Positions 59,701-64,000 of a stretch of 64,000 nucleotides of DNA are shown here, piece by piece. The first letter of the stretch is position 1; the number at the start of each line of letters is the position of its first letter. Position numbers and translations under genes: made by a program. The notes beneath the pieces were generated by a model. That model did not search any database and was not told where the DNA came from. It saw only the letters and a list, made by a program, of their open reading frames with translations. Source of the DNA: Diplonema japonicum (Eukaryota; Protista; Euglenozoa: Diplonemea); NCBI GenBank assembly GCA_964019335.1, contig OZ025723.1:1-64000 (forward strand), in the 5' to 3' direction.

Positions 59701-62700
59701 CGCCGGGCCCTAGCCAGACCTTTGGCCCTTTCCTCCTGTACATCCTCGCCACGCAACTCTCTGTCACGGCGCCCACTAGCATCCACACGCAGCAGCTCTT
59801 CCGTGTCGCTATCGAGGCGACCGACGCTGCAGGTCGTGTGGACGTCTCGCAAGACACAGAAGTTACCGCAACCATAACTGCGTCCTACATGTGGGGGCAC
59901 CTCCTGTCGCAGCACGCCATACCCTCCACGGTGGCTGCCTCTATGAACTTCGTCAAAGGCAAGTTACAGTGGGAGGACATCTACTTCCCTATCCCGGGGA
60001 TCGCTATTCTCACTTTCAATTCAGCAAGCTTCCCGCCTGTCTCGATTACCGTCAACGTGACACACCATCCTTGTGACACGCCACAGTACTGCGGTGTAGG
60101 CTCAACATGCACACCAGAGTTCGGATGCCTGTGCCCACAAGATGTGGAGCAGTATGGATACTGGGACAGGGCGCAGAACTGCAAAACATGTATCGAAGGC
60201 TACGCGGGGCCAGACTGCACGATAGTGTGTCCTGGAATGCCGCATGGGAAGATCTGCGGGCATGGTACGTGCGACATAGGCAGTGGGCTGTGTGTTTGCA
60301 CCGACGATGACACCAACGGGCACTGGAAGGGAGCTGGGTGCAACGAATGCAAAGACGGTTACTACGGGATAGGGTGCGTGTTTGCATGTCCTACGTGTGG
60401 GACGAATGGCGTCTGCAATGGCGGTGTCGCAGGCAACGGCATGTGCATGTGCACGGTAGTTAATGCGGACCCTTCGGACTGTGTGACTTGCACGTCAGGC
60501 TACACCGGCAGTCAGTGCCAGTTAAAATGCCCTGATGCATGCAACTCACGTGGGACATGCGCGGACAATTCAGGCATTTTAATATGCACCTGTGATGTAG
60601 GCTGGGGTGGCGACTCTTGCAACATTCAGTGTCCTCAGACGAATGGAACAATCTGTGGTGGCCACGGCACATGTCAGCCGTCGGGTGAGTGCAACTGTTC
60701 TACTAATTTTGTAGGTATAGAATGCACGGAGTGCGTATATGGCAAGACGAACCAGAACTGCTCTCAAGACTGCAGAGCGATGACTCTTGTTGCAAACAAA
60801 ATGATGCCTTGCAGCGGGCACGGTGTCTGCCAGTTGGACAACACATGTACATGCGTGGCCCACTACTCAGGTCTCGACTGCGACATCCTGTGCCCTGGGT
60901 ACTCAGGCGATCCCCTACCTTGCAGCGGGCACGGTATATGCAACTTGGGCGGCACGTGCGACTGCTACGATGACGACACCAACGGGCACTGGGATGGAAC
61001 ACATTGTGACCAATGCATTGCAAACAGCACACGTGAATGGGTGGGGTCTGCTTGTGATAGAGAATGCCCGAACCCTATGAACTCGGTCTGTAGCGGCCAC
61101 GGTACTTGTGTTCTTCAACCTAATCCATATTGTCTGTGTGATTATACATTCTGTCAAAGCCAGTCGTGTCAAGGGACGTGTGCTGCAGCATGCCAGGACT
61201 GGGAGTGGGGTCAGACGTGTTCGCCATGCCCGTGCTCTAAGGGGGACGGTGTATGCGACCTAAATAGCGGCAAGTGCTATTGCAACAGCGGGAAATTCGG
61301 GAGTGACTGCAGTAGCACGTGTAACCCTCCTTGTGTGAACGGAATGTGCATTGACGGCCCGAACGGGCCCGCATGCAAATGTCACACAGGTTACTCCGGA
61401 GCAGATTGCACCGGCACTTGTGGTGGCGTGCTTCCCTTGGACGATGTCTGCGGAAGAGACCCAAGGAAGTGCACGCAGCCGGGATCCTGTGATTGTGGGC
61501 TCTTTGTTACAGAGCGAAAAATGACTGGCCCCAACTGCGATATTGAGTGCGACGGCGACCTTGGGGGTGGCTCTGGCTGCTCTGGCCATGGGACGTGCGG
61601 GGCTGACGGCTCCTGCACGTGTTACGCTAACTGGCAAGGCACTGGCTGCGGCGGATGTGTGCCGGGCAAGTCTGCTCCGGGGTGCACTGGTACATGTGTC
61701 AATGGTGTAACTAGTGGCGAGATATGCTCGTGCAGCCCTGGCTGGGCGGGTGACTCATGCGACGTCCCATGCAATGGTACTTACGTCAACAACAGCTGCG
61801 TGTGCGCCAGCGGGACATGGGGCTCCAACTGCAGCCTGCCGTGCAACCCTTGCACCCATGGTACAGGAGATTGCAACCAATTAACAGGGAACTGTATCTG
61901 CAAACCCTTCTACGCTGGAGACACGTGCGAGAAGTGTATCCCCGGGCGGAAGTTCGTCGACGGCACGTGTACGGAGGTGTGCTGCTCTGGGCACGGCGAG
62001 TGCAATGCGAACAACGCTTGTAAGTGCCTAGAAAGTGTCACTCAGGGGTATTGGGCAGGCACCATTTGCGAGCGTTGTAAAGAAGGCTACCGTGGTGTTG
62101 AATGCAAAGACAGAAACTTGTTAGCAACCCAGCTGCCACAAGCGAAGTGCAAGGGAATTGGTTGCCCTGTTGGGAACTGGTCTGTGGGCACACCAATCCC
62201 CCCAGTGATCCACACGCTGGACCCTGTGAACAACGCTGTCATCGCAGGGGGGTACCCTTTGTACACAGTGCTGAACGGCGACAGTTCTCCGAAGCAGCTT
62301 CCTATTCCCGCTGTGTGCCCTGGGGATCCGGGACCTGTGCTGTTCCTGCATATTTTTGAAGGAGTAATGTACACCGTGGTAAGCTGCGTGGGGAAGCCGG
62401 AACCAATCCTTGCAAAATGCAACTGGGTAGATGTCGGGGGCGAAGGTCGTCCGCAGGGGTGCAACACCGACTCGTCGAACACGTTCCCAGGCAACGAGGC
62501 TTTCGAATCCGGCGTGGGGGTGGGGCATCGACTGTTCCTCGCCTTCCAGACTACCGTCCACGTTGCTGAGCAGGGCGTGAAGGTCGCGACTACAATCGTG
62601 CACCCCTTCTCCATCATCTACTCTGTGGGGTTTTTAGGAGGGAACCTCCTCATCGGCGGGAAGACGTCGGTGGGGTGGGATGTCATCGTGGCAAAAGTTG

Positions 62701-64000
62701 ACACACCAACATTGCCTGCGGCCATCACTGCGTGGTCCGTCCGTGACTTGGCTCCGATTTATGCAGACCAGGAAACAGGGCATATGGTGTGTGGCACCAC
62801 TGTGCGCGAGTGGTTCCAAGGACAGAACTGCACACAGAACAGTGACTACTCATACGCCGCCTTCATCGTCACCTACTCCACAACGGCACTCATTGCACTG
62901 CAGGGTGATTACGACAACGTAGCCCTCCTGAGGGTCGACATGCAAACTAACCTCATGCGATCCATCGCCATTGTGAACAATGTGCTCCCCGGCAGGATCC
63001 GCGGCATGACGGTTGACGAGCCTGGTGACCAAGCTTTTCTGAGTTTCGTGCCTGATTCGAGACCTGAGGGATCGCTGTACAGGGTGCAGCTGTCGAACCT
63101 CTTGATACGGGGCGTTACTCAGATAGCTGAAGGTAATCAGCTACTCTACTCAATGCTTGTGCAAAACAGCGAAAGACTCCTGTGGGCAATTGCTTCTCTC
63201 ATGGACGTGGTTCTTGTCCCCTTTTTACTTCACGCAACTGACAGGATCACACCATACCTCAGCCACGTACAGGGCGGCACTAGACTCGCTGTTACTGGAA
63301 TAGGCTTCGTCGGTGAGGAGGCACCTCTTTGCAAAATAGGCAACAGCACGGTACCTGCCACTATTTACAACAGCACTGAAGTGCTGTGCGTCACAGAGCC
63401 GAGCGCATCGTGTGTCTTCGAAGATGTGTCCTTGTCCCTGCGTGACAATAAGTACGCACACGACCCCTTCTTGAAGGTGCGCAGGGTCGCGATGCCCGTC
63501 ATCACTGCCGTCATCGACGACATGACGCCCAAGGTGCTGGGCACCGACATCAACGTGCAGGGCAAGGGCTTCATCCCTTCCGAGTTCGCGAAATGCTCGT
63601 ACTCCTATATCACGAACTCATCGCGCACGTCGCCCGCCAGCATCATCGCAACACCTAACGGGCTGATGTGCCAGAACCCCATCACAAGCCCCAAGGGGAT
63701 CAGTGTCTCCCTCGACGGCCATGTCTTTTCTGAAGAGTTTCTCTTCCAGCGCGATCCCACCCTCATAGTTACGAACACGACGTCTGTTAACACCACGATG
63801 ACCATCAGGTCGGCGGAACGCTCGATGCTGGACCCCATCACTGTGGAAATGGCTGATGAACACTTGAATCTCGCGAAGATGCGTGACCCTGTGAACCACA
63901 CCGTAGCCATCGAGCTCACAGGACAGGGCGTGGGCGTTGGCTCGCCCTTGAAAGCTGAGGACAGCTGTCTGGACCCCGTGACAGGGAAGCCTACCATGGG
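56706..64000 (+). CDS. Giant extracellular protein (>2400 aa, partial): LamG-like domains, laminin/EGF-like repeats, IPT/TIG-like domains
   Basis: Not in the ORF track, consistent with no stop before the window end. ATG at 56706 (MTLVSILLLKTTIISG). The same frame at 60063 reads HHPCDTPQYCGVGSTC...CKTCIEGYAGPDC, and CSGHGTC repeats follow. Confidence 0.85.
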   Translation, partial: MTLVSILLLKTTIISGLLPQEARVEYKHARDACKRVGRDVVSDVVNIPEEGTYWTGLAYVDEDVGVVHTRSGQEGVACSVEGIAVGEMRRGSRLVYADGVLRSAKIGEQASPSCTTYGHPQRTSETLGIALPAFTPIVTIESPNTTKHSIADPFPLSLFSYYPSFLDELHPIFQGLLYYTTGDLTLVHPASEALPGSNINPVDPNCFRSSNPTGMALGTDVDFTIVVKFRSDIPPLLFLQTVPIMSSYTDASATNGPGWALFSRRSLLGSRKLVMTVSGLECVVDDTWLPPTGVFATIAVVVDRAGSITMYHEDGRREKCDHAPPAPATDAPDTAVPATAAPLAPVPVPPYTAVPSTAEPTAVPAPGSITENLQGDWFSVGCDTSSGGSDHFPEFQLAALWRRKLSEQELSSVLQGGTAYPTYPAGSFTDISNLLWMGATEGSSFVIPPSLPTTADWMGVTSQWATGPDPLVAGPSSAVCDFDMSVNMSATPTVELTFDIPTAVFLVEIFKGAPVECISKLRFCSASSVCSDHDMTTGGDTTSCIVTARVLDPNFAVSTIGIETTGAEGCTLDAVRVEGFTRGSVSRIHAKGLIGWWKFDSSLDDESVNGLTGTTSPAAKYTPGQVGNALDLDNTYTVQVGPLPVAFTTPSFTLCVWARGAGEIFATSIFALATAPGSLSFIVSGSQVTSTWDITAPTHVCAVLATKELHLYVGGALQNSSVVTYPALLDPTTTGNVSIGDGFVGSLDEIRLYNMPLSAEAVLDLNTNNRQNTAQELSPVWHPNVTYSSGTSLATDHMAWCVKVTGVPPSQTCNAQGVANKTGWLPTYQANRVGYGHLAVESDIGQAVQLEWAAEQLDLWVNGVAVSLGAPPDVSGCQMWDKWSYIPKQFVISATCRKTTSTFNLKDGWNTLLFKVTSLTSKGLYMSINPASDVLWSYVKPLEGVLNPNAVDVTVTASCGDPDYGVPSNTHTVQMAANATILFNETCSDVEVQLDVVDPPGPSQTFGPFLLYILATQLSVTAPTSIHTQQLFRVAIEATDAAGRVDVSQDTEVTATITASYMWGHLLSQHAIPSTVAASMNFVKGKLQWEDIYFPIPGIAILTFNSASFPPVSITVNVTHHPCDTPQYCGVGSTCTPEFGCLCPQDVEQYGYWDRAQNCKTCIEGYAGPDCTIVCPGMPHGKICGHGTCDIGSGLCVCTDDDTNGHWKGAGCNECKDGYYGIGCVFACPTCGTNGVCNGGVAGNGMCMCTVVNADPSDCVTCTSGYTGSQCQLKCPDACNSRGTCADNSGILICTCDVGWGGDSCNIQCPQTNGTICGGHGTCQPSGECNCSTNFVGIECTECVYGKTNQNCSQDCRAMTLVANKMMPCSGHGVCQLDNTCTCVAHYSGLDCDILCPGYSGDPLPCSGHGICNLGGTCDCYDDDTNGHWDGTHCDQCIANSTREWVGSACDRECPNPMNSVCSGHGTCVLQPNPYCLCDYTFCQSQSCQGTCAAACQDWEWGQTCSPCPCSKGDGVCDLNSGKCYCNSGKFGSDCSSTCNPPCVNGMCIDGPNGPACKCHTGYSGADCTGTCGGVLPLDDVCGRDPRKCTQPGSCDCGLFVTERKMTGPNCDIECDGDLGGGSGCSGHGTCGADGSCTCYANWQGTGCGGCVPGKSAPGCTGTCVNGVTSGEICSCSPGWAGDSCDVPCNGTYVNNSCVCASGTWGSNCSLPCNPCTHGTGDCNQLTGNCICKPFYAGDTCEKCIPGRKFVDGTCTEVCCSGHGECNANNACKCLESVTQGYWAGTICERCKEGYRGVECKDRNLLATQLPQAKCKGIGCPVGNWSVGTPIPPVIHTLDPVNNAVIAGGYPLYTVLNGDSSPKQLPIPAVCPGDPGPVLFLHIFEGVMYTVVSCVGKPEPILAKCNWVDVGGEGRPQGCNTDSSNTFPGNEAFESGVGVGHRLFLAFQTTVHVAEQGVKVATTIVHPFSIIYSVGFLGGNLLIGGKTSVGWDVIVAKVDTPTLPAAITAWSVRDLAPIYADQETGHMVCGTTVREWFQGQNCTQNSDYSYAAFIVTYSTTALIALQGDYDNVALLRVDMQTNLMRSIAIVNNVLPGRIRGMTVDEPGDQAFLSFVPDSRPEGSLYRVQLSNLLIRGVTQIAEGNQLLYSMLVQNSERLLWAIASLMDVVLVPFLLHATDRITPYLSHVQGGTRLAVTGIGFVGEEAPLCKIGNSTVPATIYNSTEVLCVTEPSASCVFEDVSLSLRDNKYAHDPFLKVRRVAMPVITAVIDDMTPKVLGTDINVQGKGFIPSEFAKCSYSYITNSSRTSPASIIATPNGLMCQNPITSPKGISVSLDGHVFSEEFLFQRDPTLIVTNTTSVNTTMTIRSAERSMLDPITVEMADEHLNLAKMRDPVNHTVAIELTGQGVGVGSPLKAEDSCLDPVTGKPTM

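Overview
Eukaryotic nuclear DNA, most likely from a diplonemid (Euglenozoa). Two minus-strand copies of a near-complete diplonemid-type spliced leader (SL) sit at 2010-2047 and 2358-2395. From about 8.5 kb to the window end there is a unidirectional (+) cluster of 19 protein genes with tiny GT-AG introns and short AG-to-ATG leaders. The genes are: DUF676 esterase, SHOCT-PUB protein, Sfi1-like repeat protein, ARM-pseudokinase, two multi-TM surface proteins, PKA catalytic subunit, RlmM/FtsJ-like methyltransferase, Vma22/CCDC115-like, NAR1, bacterial-type MFS, Maelstrom-like nuclease, LRR/Ig-like giant protein, TPR-DnaJ, RAD50, SET-MYND, a coiled-coil protein, a PH/PDZ protein, and a >2400-aa LamG/EGF/IPT ORF missing from the ORF track. 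The first ~8.3 kb is a mosaic of mobile-element debris and is the most novel part. It holds (i) a minus-strand ORF, absent from the ORF track, encoding an AlkB-type 2OG-Fe(II) dioxygenase behind a multi-copy 5' repeat; (ii) two tandem ~345-nt SL-headed retroposed units, one carrying a relict SL that starts exactly after the SL-internal AG, which implies repeated cycles of trans-splicing and retroposition; (iii) a non-LTR RNase H/Zn-knuckle fragment; and (iv) near-total CpG to TpG/CpA decay between repeat copies, which implies repeat-targeted CpG methylation. All domain calls come from motif recognition by eye, with no database searches.
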